The position numbers and the translations under genes are program-made. A model generated the notes under the pieces. The model was not told the origin of the DNA. It searched no databases and worked only from the letters and a program-made list of their open reading frames with translations. 32,000 nucleotides of DNA, taken from contig NC_017262.1 of the NCBI RefSeq assembly GCF_000175255.2, positions 1,710,001 to 1,742,000 of the forward strand. Direction: 5' to 3'. The stretch is from Zymomonas mobilis subsp. mobilis ATCC 10988. Its GTDB lineage: Bacteria; Pseudomonadota; Alphaproteobacteria; Sphingomonadales; Sphingomonadaceae. Below, piece after piece: positions 9,544-18,078 of the stretch (its first letter is position 1; the number at the start of each line of letters is the position of its first letter).

Positions 9544-10569
9544 TTAAGACCGCCGTCTTAAACCCATGCTGCGATAGGCCTTGTCTAAGGTTTTTTCGGC
9601 AATCACTGCGGCCTTTTCGGCGCCTTGTGACAAAATACGGTCAATCTCGGCGGGGTCATTTTTGAAGCTCGATAATTTGTCGCGGATAGGCGCAATCGAT
9701 TCTACAACCAGATCAGCCAAGGCGGGTTTGAATTGACCAAAACCCTGACCAGCAAATTGCTGCAATATATCGCCAAGGGCTTCGCCTTTTAACGCACTGT
9801 AAATGCCCAATAAATTTTTGGCTTCAGGACGATCGGCTAAACCCTCTTCATTTTCAGGGATCGGATCGGGATCGGTTTTTGCCTTGCGGATTTTCTGGGC
9901 AATATCGTCATTGCTGTCTGTCAAATTGATCCGGCTTAAATCGGACGGATCGGATTTTGACATTTTCGAGCTGCCATTTCTTAACGACATCACGCGGGCA
10001 GCGGTTTTTTGAATGATCGGTTCCGGTAAGGTAAAAATTTTATCATCATAGTCATTGTTGAATTTTGTTGCGATATCGCGCGCCAATTCTAGATGCTGTT
10101 TCTGATCTTCGCCAACCGGAACGTGGGTTGCCTGATACAGCATGACATCAGCGGCCTGCAAAACCGGATAGGTGTAAAGGCCGACAGAGGCTCCTTCACG
10201 ATTTTTACCGGATTTTTCTTTAAATTGGGTCATCCGGTTCAACCAACCGATACGGGCAACACAATTCAATAACCATGCCATTTCGGAATGGGCGGCCACA
10301 TCAGATTGAGCAAAAAAGACAGCTCGTTCGGGATTAACGCCCGAAGCCAGCAAAGTTGCTGCCATATTGCGGATATTTTCGGCTAATTCATCCGGTGCTT
10401 GCGGCATGGTAATGGCATGGAGATCAGCCAGAAAAAAGACACAGCTATCGCCGTCTTTCATCTCGTTTTGCATGACAACCCAATTACGGATAGCCCCCAG
10501 ATAATTACCGAGATGAAGATTTCCGGTTGGCTGGATACCGGAAACAATGCGCTTATTCTTACTCATCAT
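9544..10569 (-). CDS. trpS: Tryptophanyl-tRNA synthetase
   Basis: RIVSGIQPTGNLHLGNYLGAIRNW, LLNCVARIGWLNRMTQFK, GEDQKQHLELARDIA, SKMSKSDPSD. Confidence 0.97.
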   Translation of the reverse strand: MMSKNKRIVSGIQPTGNLHLGNYLGAIRNWVVMQNEMKDGDSCVFFLADLHAITMPQAPDELAENIRNMAATLLASGVNPERAVFFAQSDVAAHSEMAWLLNCVARIGWLNRMTQFKEKSGKNREGASVGLYTYPVLQAADVMLYQATHVPVGEDQKQHLELARDIATKFNNDYDDKIFTLPEPIIQKTAARVMSLRNGSSKMSKSDPSDLSRINLTDSNDDIAQKIRKAKTDPDPIPENEEGLADRPEAKNLLGIYSALKGEALGDILQQFAGQGFGQFKPALADLVVESIAPIRDKLSSFKNDPAEIDRILSQGAEKAAVIAEKTLDKAYRSMGLRRRS

Positions 10570-10589
10570 ATTTTTGATACCTGCTAAGA

Positions 10590-12203
10590 TTATCGTTTAT
10601 AGCGACGCTGTAAGTAAAATTTTATTTCTTTTAAAGGGAATGTGCCAATCAAAGCGGCTGTTCCGAAATATAAAACAGAACCAAACAGCAATAATAAGGA
10701 AAGAGTGGCGATCCGATAGGCGACACCGCCCGTTGCCATATGGTTAAGCCAAGGAAGGCAAGGCCATAATCCGGCGGCCATAACAAGGCTAGCAATAATG
10801 ATTTTGATCGTGCGGGTAAAAAGCTGGCGATCGCAGGCGAAATGATTTCTATGCCGCAATAATCCGTAAAGCATGATGACATTTGCCCAAGCCGCGATTG
10901 CCGTTGATAAAGCCAGACCGACATGACCAAAAGGCTTAATGAATAACAAATTCAATATCAGATTAAGGAGCATCGCAATGATCGCAACACGGACAGGGGT
11001 GCGGGTGTCGGTGCGGGCATGAAATCCGGGGGTCAGAATTTTAATCAAAACATAGGCCGGTAACCCCAGCGAAAAAGCGGTCAAGGCTTGCGCCGAATGG
11101 ATGCTATCGCTTGCGGAAAAGGCTCCATGTTGTAACAAGGCGGAAATCAGCGGCATCGAAGCAATGACCAGACCGAAAGCCGCAGGCACCGTTAGAAACA
11201 AAGCTAATTCAATCGCCCTATTCTGGGTGTGAATAGCCGCCTCCGTCTGATCTTCTGCCAATTGTCGTGATAAACTCGGTAAAATAGCGGTGCCAATACC
11301 GATCCCCACCAATCCGAGGGGAAGCTGATTAAGACGATCGGCATAATATAAATAGGAAACGGCGCCTTCAGGTAAAAAACGGGCAGCCAAAGCGGTTGAA
11401 ATCAACAGATTAAATTGCACAGCACCCGCACCCAAGGCCGCAGGCCAAGTGATCGAAAGCATCTTTTTAACTGCAGGTGTTAATTTTGGCCAATGGGGAT
11501 AAAGACGGACATTTGCCGATCGGCAAGCCCATATTAGCCAGCCTAATTGCAAAACGCCTGACAGGCTGACCGCAATCGCTTGGGTCTCGGCTGTCATCGC
11601 TGGATTATTGCTGCGAAAAAAGACCAGCCCGATAATCAACCCGACATTCAACAAAATAGGGGCGGCGGCATTCACCCAAAAACGATGAAGGGAATTTAGA
11701 ATCCCGCCCAAAAGGGTCACAATCGAAATAAGCGCTAGATAGGGCATTGTTAGCCGCGTTAAAAAAACAGCCAACTGAAATTCACCGGCGCTTCCCATCG
11801 GGAAGCCACCCGTCATGATGCGCACAATAGGGGCAGCGGCAGCGATCATCCCTATTTCAAAAATAATCAGCAAGGGTAACAGAACAGATAACACGTCACT
11901 GGCAAATCGTAATCCGGCGGCAAAGCCGTTTTGCCCTTTCTTTTCAGCCTCGGAAATTGTGCGGTTAAACATCGGCACAAAGGCAGAAGCAAAAGCGCCT
12001 TCTGCAAATAAGGCTCTGAAAAGATTGGGTAATCGCCATGCGATCAAAAAGGCATCATTCGCCGACCCAGCCCCAAGATATTGCGCGCCAAGGGTATCTC
12101 GAATAAATCCGAGTATCCGGCTTATAAGGGTCAATCCCCCGATAGTCGCGGTTGCTTTGAAAAGATGAAATCGTCCGGAGGCAGGCTGAGTTTTATTTGT
12201 CAT
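10590..12203 (-). CDS. murJ: Lipid II flippase MurJ (MviN family)
   Basis: ISRILGFIRDTLGAQYLGAGSANDAFLIAWRLPNLFRALFAEGAFASAFVPMFNR and many TM helices. Likely start MTNKTQPASG at 12203; ORF open to 12254. Confidence 0.95.
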   Translation of the reverse strand: MTNKTQPASGRFHLFKATATIGGLTLISRILGFIRDTLGAQYLGAGSANDAFLIAWRLPNLFRALFAEGAFASAFVPMFNRTISEAEKKGQNGFAAGLRFASDVLSVLLPLLIIFEIGMIAAAAPIVRIMTGGFPMGSAGEFQLAVFLTRLTMPYLALISIVTLLGGILNSLHRFWVNAAAPILLNVGLIIGLVFFRSNNPAMTAETQAIAVSLSGVLQLGWLIWACRSANVRLYPHWPKLTPAVKKMLSITWPAALGAGAVQFNLLISTALAARFLPEGAVSYLYYADRLNQLPLGLVGIGIGTAILPSLSRQLAEDQTEAAIHTQNRAIELALFLTVPAAFGLVIASMPLISALLQHGAFSASDSIHSAQALTAFSLGLPAYVLIKILTPGFHARTDTRTPVRVAIIAMLLNLILNLLFIKPFGHVGLALSTAIAAWANVIMLYGLLRHRNHFACDRQLFTRTIKIIIASLVMAAGLWPCLPWLNHMATGGVAYRIATLSLLLLFGSVLYFGTAALIGTFPLKEIKFYLQRRYKR

Positions 12204-12287
12204 ATCGTCATCTGGATAAAAGTGAAGAAAGCCGCTCAAAAGCGGCTTTCTCACATCATGGTGACCCTTATAAAATAGAATGCATGA

Positions 12288-12782
12288 TTAAGCCTGACCG
12301 GCTGGCTCGGTATTGGACAACATATCCTGCTGTTCCGTTTGCTGCATATAAAGCGCGGCAAAGTCGATTGGTTCCAGCATCAAAGGCGGGAAGTTACCAT
12401 CACGGACGGAATCGGCAAGGATGCGCCGGACGAAAGGAAACAGGATGCGCGGGGCTTCGATATAAAGGAAAGGCTGAATCTGGTCTGCCGGAACATTCTT
12501 GATAGCAAATAAACCATTATAAACCAGCTCGACATGGAAAACGACGCCTTCGTCTGCTTTGGCAGAAACATCGACTTTCAAAGCAACTTCATAGACATCC
12601 TGTGCCATGGGCTGGGTGCCGATATTGAACTGCACTTCGATATGAGGCTGGGTCTGCCACTGATACACAGCCGGAGCATTAGGATTTTCAAAAGAAAGAT
12701 CTTTAATATACTGGGCAAGAATACTGACCTGCGGCAAATGGTCGGTATCCGCATTTGAAGCATTAAAATTGTTTCCTGACAT
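12288..12782 (-). CDS. secB: Protein-export chaperone SecB
   Basis: QYIKDLSFENPNAP, VYEVALKVDVSAK, FHVELVYNGLFAIKNVP, EAPRILFPFVRRILADSVRDGNFPPLMLEPIDFAALY. Start MSGNNFNASNADTD at 12782 is preferred over the ORF end at 12893. Confidence 0.95.
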   Translation of the reverse strand: MSGNNFNASNADTDHLPQVSILAQYIKDLSFENPNAPAVYQWQTQPHIEVQFNIGTQPMAQDVYEVALKVDVSAKADEGVVFHVELVYNGLFAIKNVPADQIQPFLYIEAPRILFPFVRRILADSVRDGNFPPLMLEPIDFAALYMQQTEQQDMLSNTEPAGQA

Positions 12783-13248
12783 AATGGCATCCTCGCTGCG
12801 TTTAAAGTGATCTTGAATGATGGCGCAAAACACCCGATCATGAAAGAGAAATGATCGACGGGCATTTTTGTTCGATAGGAACAAAGCGCCCAAGGGTAAA
12901 TGAAATTATAGTCACTCGGATAAGATAAACTCTACTCTTTAATCCAGCGGCTTCTCTTTTGAATATTGCTTTCACCTATCGAGCTTTTACGCTCGGGAAT
13001 CTTTAATATTGATGACAATAATCGACTTTTTCAAAGAAAACCCTTCAAATGAAGTCTTTTTTGCTTCTTTTTGCATAAATAATACCGCTTCTTTGTGTCT
13101 TTTTTCGGTTTTTTGCGTTAAAAATAGGGCTACTTTCGTAAAGAGCGGGCAGATGCTGTTTGAAAGGTGGCGTCATCTTGCCTATATATAAAAGATTAAA
13201 TATTTCAGCCGGAATGAAATTCTGCTGTATTTTGCATTTGGAGGCATA

Positions 13249-13902
13249 GTGGTCGAGATTGTTGTTCTTGTGGTAGTGGCTGCTGGGCTTTGTGGATGGC
13301 TTTACAATGTCCTTGGGCGCCGTACCGGCCACGAACAGAGTTTTACCAAACCTACCGAGGTCTCAACTACTGTAGTTGCCCAACCTAATACGGCGTTGTT
13401 GATGCCTGCTTCCGAACAGAAAAAGCGGGAAGAAATTGTTCAACCCGAAGCATGGGATGGAATCCGGCGTATTGTCAGCCGTGATGCCCATTTTGATCTG
13501 ACCGGATTTATCGAAGGCGCAAAATCAGCCTATGGCAAAATTTTAGAAGCCTTCTGGCAGAACGACCGGAGCAAACTGGCTGATATGGTCAGCAAAGACG
13601 TTTTCGAGGCTTTTCAGCAAGTGATCGAAAAACGTGAAGCTGAAGGCAGCCGCCTTGAAAACCGCCTTGTCAATATTGACAAGGCCTTGGTTCAAAAAGC
13701 CGGTATCGAAGGCGATAATGCCATTATCACTGTCAGCTATGATGCTTGGATTTCGACGATGCTTCGTAATCACGAAGGTATCATGATCGCCGGCTCATCC
13801 ACTGATGCGCTGCCGACCCATGACGTCTGGACATTCAGCCGTAGTATCAAACAAGAACCGAAAACCAACTGGTTGTTGGTAGAAACCTTGGCCGCCTCCT
13901 GA
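13249..13902 (+). CDS. Tim44-like (Tim44/TimA family) domain protein
   Basis: GTG start preceded by ggagg; N-terminal TM segment; YGKILEAFWQNDRSKLADMVSKDVFEAFQQVIEKREAEGSRLENRLVNIDKA; divergent from secB. Confidence 0.85.
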   Translation: MVEIVVLVVVAAGLCGWLYNVLGRRTGHEQSFTKPTEVSTTVVAQPNTALLMPASEQKKREEIVQPEAWDGIRRIVSRDAHFDLTGFIEGAKSAYGKILEAFWQNDRSKLADMVSKDVFEAFQQVIEKREAEGSRLENRLVNIDKALVQKAGIEGDNAIITVSYDAWISTMLRNHEGIMIAGSSTDALPTHDVWTFSRSIKQEPKTNWLLVETLAAS

Positions 13903-13943
13903 TTTCGGCGGCAAGGGTGTTTTTATTTGAATGAAGAGTAGCA

Positions 13944-14252
13944 ATGAAAAAATCTTTTATTCTGTTCATTGCTGTAACGGCTTTGACAGGATGTAGCGGC
14001 TGGCCTGATGGTCAGCGGCCACCTTCTGCTGGCTTTGATCAATCACAGAATAGCTATCACACTCCAAATATGCCTTATGAGTATGGTCGCTCATCATTAA
14101 ATAGCGATACATTCGATTCATCTCAAACGACGATGAATAATGAAATGCTCTATTACGAAGATAAAGCATTGCGTGCAGATAATATCAGGGATCGTGACAC
14201 CAATTTTGCCAAATATCTTTTGGCTAAAAAACATCAAGAACAGCCAGATTAA
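13944..14252 (+). CDS. Small putative lipoprotein
   Basis: MKKSFILFIAVTALTGCSGW has a signal peptide and lipobox (ALTGC); 102 aa, rest low-complexity and polar; co-directional with its neighbours. Confidence 0.65.
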   Translation: MKKSFILFIAVTALTGCSGWPDGQRPPSAGFDQSQNSYHTPNMPYEYGRSSLNSDTFDSSQTTMNNEMLYYEDKALRADNIRDRDTNFAKYLLAKKHQEQPD

Positions 14253-14258
14253 AATTCT

Positions 14259-15590
14259 ATGCTTATTGATTTAGCCAAAAATAGTACCGCTTATATGTGG
14301 CGCAGTCAGATTGTTGCCTTTTTGGGGCTTGCTATTCTGACCCTGTCCGCTTGCCAGACCTCCCGACCCACGGCCTCTCACTCTTTACCTGAAAAAGCAA
14401 AAGCCCCATCGGCTCCCCAAAAACAGGCGTCCCCGTCTAAAAAAGCCAGTGCTTTAGATATCCGGCCTCAATCTATTCCGGTTTCTCGCTTGGGATTGAC
14501 AGAAGAGAACGCCAAAAAGGCCTTGGAGGCTTTCCGATCATCCTGCCCATTTCTGACATCCCATCCTGATAAAAGCGGATTGACTGCGGCTAATGATTGG
14601 CTGCCAGCTTGTCAGGCGGCTAAAAATTTAAATAGCACCTCATCGACCAGTGCGACGGCTTTTTTTGATCGCTATTTCGAGCCTGTTTCCGTTGGGGGCG
14701 GAGAGGCTTTTGTTACAGGCTATTATGAGCCGGAAATAGCCGCTTCCAGCCAAGCAAAAGACGGCTACGCTCCCATTTACAAGGTGCCTTCCGACTTAGT
14801 CGAAACCAATCTTGAAGATTTCTTTCCTGAAATGAAGGGAAAACACTTCAAAGGGCGCGTTAAAAAAGGCCATTTGGTGCCTTATTATACACGGGCGGAA
14901 ATCAACAAAGGGGTCTTGGATAACCGCCATCTTGAAATTGCTTGGGCTATTGATCCGGTCGCTTTGTTCTTCCTGCAAATCCAAGGTTCCGGTCGGCTCA
15001 ATCTTGAAGATGGGCGCGTTATTCGGATCGGTTATGCCAATCAGAATGGCCGCGAATATACCGCAATCGGACGTTTACTGGTGGATAAAGGCGTCATTGA
15101 AAAAGGCCATGCCACGATGGCGGGCATTGTTGAATGGCTCCATAACCATCCTGACCAAGCGCCTTCCATTATGGAAAGCAATAAAAGCTATGTTTTCTTT
15201 CGTGAATTGAAAGAAACGGGACCTTTAGGCGCGCTTTCTGTGCCTGTTACGTCCCAGATATCCCTTGCAGTCGACCCGTCTTATACGCCATTAGGGGCTC
15301 CTGTTTTTTTAATGCTTGATTCAAAGCATGGTGGTAATGCAGCATTTGCGAATGGTCTCTGGATTGCGCAAGACAAAGGTGGCGCAATAAAAGGGGCTAA
15401 TCGCTTCGACAGCTATTGGGGATATGGCGACAAAGCCGAACATATCGCTGGTGGTCTTGCCAGCCATGGTTCTGCATGGCTTTTGTTACCGAAAGGAGTA
15501 GCCGCGGGTCTCGGTTCTGGAAAAAATGGCAAAGCGCAAAGGGAGACAAAAATATCCGCAGGAAGCGGAGAGGGTAACAAATCCGCCTAA
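14259..15590 (+). CDS. mltA: Membrane-bound lytic murein transglycosylase A
   Basis: Lipobox LTLSAC; VTGYYEPEIAAS, GSGRLNLEDGRVIRIGYANQNGREYTAIGRLLVDKG, LDSKHGGNAAFANGLWIAQDKGGAIKGANRFDSYWGYGDKAEHIAGGLASHGSAWLLLPKG. The start may be at 14295. Confidence 0.93.
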   Translation: MLIDLAKNSTAYMWRSQIVAFLGLAILTLSACQTSRPTASHSLPEKAKAPSAPQKQASPSKKASALDIRPQSIPVSRLGLTEENAKKALEAFRSSCPFLTSHPDKSGLTAANDWLPACQAAKNLNSTSSTSATAFFDRYFEPVSVGGGEAFVTGYYEPEIAASSQAKDGYAPIYKVPSDLVETNLEDFFPEMKGKHFKGRVKKGHLVPYYTRAEINKGVLDNRHLEIAWAIDPVALFFLQIQGSGRLNLEDGRVIRIGYANQNGREYTAIGRLLVDKGVIEKGHATMAGIVEWLHNHPDQAPSIMESNKSYVFFRELKETGPLGALSVPVTSQISLAVDPSYTPLGAPVFLMLDSKHGGNAAFANGLWIAQDKGGAIKGANRFDSYWGYGDKAEHIAGGLASHGSAWLLLPKGVAAGLGSGKNGKAQRETKISAGSGEGNKSA

Positions 15591-16212
15591 TCGGCAAGGG
15601 AAGGCGACTTCTTTTGCTGGAAGAAAATCTGCACCCAAATATCTCTCTTCCGAAGAGCTGGCTTTATGGCAAAAAGTCGCTGTCACCGTTACGCCATTAG
15701 AGCCGGAACGCTATCAATCCTTGGCTGACTTGCTCAATAAAAATATTACACCTACCGCCAAAGCGCCACCGCTTTCAAAACTACGAAAAGAAATAGAAAA
15801 CCGCCATAGAAAGATTCCTCCTCCACCGATCAGCCCTTCTCCGAAAAAATCTTCGGACACACTTGATGGCTCATGGGATCGCAAATTAAGTAAAGGCAGC
15901 GTCGAACCCGAACGGAGTATCGACTTGCACGGCTATACTATGACCAGTGCCTATCGCGTTTTGGAATCAGCGCTTTCACAAGCCATCCGGCAAGGTATCC
16001 GCGTTTTACTGATTATTACAGGTCGTCCGCCAAGGCGTAATGAACATGGTATTATTACGCGTGGTCTTATTCGTGGCGCTATCGGTGATTGGCTTAATTT
16101 TTCACCCTATTCCAGCCATATCGCCGCTGTCAGAAATGCCCATCCTCGCCATGGTGGGGCAGGGGCGCTCTATGTAATCCTTCGTCGTCGTCGCGACGAA
16201 ACAAAATATTAA
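15526..16212 (+). CDS. Smr-domain protein
   Basis: SIDLHGYTMTSAYRVLESALSQAIRQGIRVLLIITGRPPR...RGLIRGAIGDWL...VRNAHPRHGGAGALYVILRRRR. Confidence 0.9.
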   Translation: MAKRKGRQKYPQEAERVTNPPNRQGKATSFAGRKSAPKYLSSEELALWQKVAVTVTPLEPERYQSLADLLNKNITPTAKAPPLSKLRKEIENRHRKIPPPPISPSPKKSSDTLDGSWDRKLSKGSVEPERSIDLHGYTMTSAYRVLESALSQAIRQGIRVLLIITGRPPRRNEHGIITRGLIRGAIGDWLNFSPYSSHIAAVRNAHPRHGGAGALYVILRRRRDETKY

Positions 16213-16276
16213 TTCCAAAATAAATAAAACTGATTATCAGAGATATTCTTTAATATCTGTCAAACAAGGGACATAG

Positions 16277-16604
16277 ATGGCTTTTGATCGCCTAATACTC
16301 ACCAATCCTTAATAATGGGAAAATACGGAAAGCTCCCATTGGGTTTTCATGGACAACTTTCTTTTTTGGTCTATGGCCAGCTATTTTTAGAGGCAGTTGG
16401 AAATACGCCCTTTTAATGTTTTTAACTATTTTCCCAACCCTAGGTCTTTCTACCCTTATATGGCCATTTATCTTTAATCGTCTTTATCTCAACAGTTTAC
16501 TAGAAGACGGCTTCCGACTAAAAATTGCGGAACGAGGCAGTTCTGTTGAAAGAATATCGGCTTACAGCCGGATGAATATCGCCCTTATAGCGGATAGCGA
16601 ATAA
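16277..16604 (+). pseudogene. Frameshifted (decayed or programmed +1) small membrane-protein gene, DUF2628-like
   Basis: SD-like aaggga at 16267-16272, then ATG 16277 encoding MAFDRLILTNP*, with the stop TAA at 16310-16312. The +1 frame continues with no stop from 16311: NNGKIRKAPIGFSWTTFFFGLWPAIFRGSWKYALLMFLTIFPTLGLSTLIWPFIFNRLYLNSLLEDGFRLKIAERGSSVERISAYSRMNIALIADSE*. The GFSW..FFFG...A.FRG.WK...NRLYL..LL..G pattern resembles DUF2628-type proteins. Confidence 0.55.
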
Positions 16605-16614
16605 AAACATTCGC
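16597..16614. other. Small hairpin gcgaat-aaaaac-attcgc
   Basis: Perfect 6-bp inverted repeat just beside the longer 16617-16649 hairpin. Confidence 0.4.
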
Positions 16615-16616
16615 CG

Positions 16617-16649
16617 TAATCCGGAATTATATAGAATAATTCCGGATTA
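16617..16649 (-). terminator. Long hairpin downstream of dapE
   Basis: taatccggaatta-tatagaa-taattccggatta: perfect 13-bp inverted repeat immediately 3' of the dapE stop. Confidence 0.5.
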
Positions 16650-16659
16650 ACAGGCTGTT

Positions 16660-17790
16660 TTATCCCAAGAAAGATTTGATAATATCTTCATCAATCCGGC
16701 TTAACTGCCGGATATCCTCGACCGAGGCTTTTTCATCGACTTTATGCATCGTGGCATTGACCAGACCGAATTCGACCACCGGACATAATTTGGTCAGGAA
16801 ACGCGCATCTGACGTGCCACCACTGGTTGAAAGGCTGGGCGTAATACCGGTATTTTTGGCAATAGCCGCCGATATTGTATCTGTCAGAACCCCTTCTTCC
16901 GTGACAAAGGCTTCCCCAGAAATAGCCGCTTTCACTCTGGCTTTGGGGTCAATCGCTGCTACCCGCTTTTTCAGGCTATCCACTAATTCAGCGCCCTTAT
17001 GCAGGGCATTAAAACGAATATTAAGCTGCGCTTTGGCTAAAGCCGGAATAACATTGGTAGCCTTGTTATCACATTCAATCGAAGTCACTTCGAGATTAGA
17101 GGGCTGGAACCACTGATCGCCTTTATCTAAGACCCAGCTTTCGAGATCGGAAATAATTCTGGCCAAAACCGGAATAGGATTGCGGGCGCGGTCAGGATAA
17201 GCCACATGGCCTTGGATGCCTTCTACTTCAATCCACATATTAACCGAGCCACGCCGTCCGTTTTTAACAGTATCGCCCAAACGCTCGACCGATGTCGGTT
17301 CACCGACAAGACAGTAATCTGGCTTGATAGACTGTTCATTTAACCATTCGATGATGGCAGGCGTTCCAAAGGTCGCAGGGCCTTCTTCATCCCCTGTAAT
17401 CAGCAAAGAGAGAGTGCCTTTATGTTCAGTATAGCGAGAGGCTGCCGCGATGAAGGCCGCTACTGAACTTTTCATATCAACCGCACCACGCCCGACAAGA
17501 TAGCCGTCTTTAATCGTTGGGGTGAACGGATCTGAACTCCAACCCTGACCTGCTGGCACGACATCGCTATGACCGGCATAGGCAAGATGGGGATGGCCTT
17601 CGCCCCGAATAGCAATAAGGTTTGTTACAGGTCCATCGGGTGCCTGTCCCTTGGTCAACAGATGAACAGTAAAACCAGCCGATTTTAAAGCATCTGCCAT
17701 AATATTCATGGCACCATCATCAGATGGCGTTACCGATTTACAGGCAATCAGTCGGGCGGCAAGGTCAACAGGATCAGGCGCTATGGTCAT
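16660..17790 (-). CDS. dapE: Succinyl-diaminopimelate desuccinylase
   Basis: LAYAGHSDVVPAGQGWSSDPFTPTIKDGYLVGRGAVDMKSSVAAF, LLITGDEEGPA, CLVGEPTSVE, TSGGTSDARF, EFGLVNATMHKVDE. Confidence 0.96.
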   Translation of the reverse strand: MTIAPDPVDLAARLIACKSVTPSDDGAMNIMADALKSAGFTVHLLTKGQAPDGPVTNLIAIRGEGHPHLAYAGHSDVVPAGQGWSSDPFTPTIKDGYLVGRGAVDMKSSVAAFIAAASRYTEHKGTLSLLITGDEEGPATFGTPAIIEWLNEQSIKPDYCLVGEPTSVERLGDTVKNGRRGSVNMWIEVEGIQGHVAYPDRARNPIPVLARIISDLESWVLDKGDQWFQPSNLEVTSIECDNKATNVIPALAKAQLNIRFNALHKGAELVDSLKKRVAAIDPKARVKAAISGEAFVTEEGVLTDTISAAIAKNTGITPSLSTSGGTSDARFLTKLCPVVEFGLVNATMHKVDEKASVEDIRQLSRIDEDIIKSFLG

Positions 17791-18000
17791 TTAATCATCC
17801 GAAAAATAAAAACAGATATACTATAGTATGAAACTGCATATCAATAACAATAATGAGATGAGATATTAAATAATTTTATTTGAGAAATTGAATATTTAAT
17901 TGTGTTTTATTTTGAAATTAAATTTTTAATACCTGTTTTTTGCTTACAAAAAGATATTTTTCTTTTTTTTGCATTTTAAGCCTCTTTAATTTTAATCAGT

Positions 18001-18019
18001 GTAATTGACAATCAATATC
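18001..18019. promoter_or_regulatory. Candidate Fur box
   Basis: gtaattgacaatcaatatc matches the Fur consensus GATAATGATAATCATTATC at 14 of 19 positions by hand alignment, 60 bp upstream of the TonB receptor start. Confidence 0.5.
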
Positions 18020-18078
18020 AATAAAGCATAACCGGAGAACATTCCAAAAATCAAATTGAGAGAAAGAGGGCTTAAAGG

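Noticed and set aside
13009-13191. 60-aa ORF between secB and the Tim44-like gene
   Set aside because: No recognisable motif or good SD; lies in a divergent promoter region and reads like chance coding.
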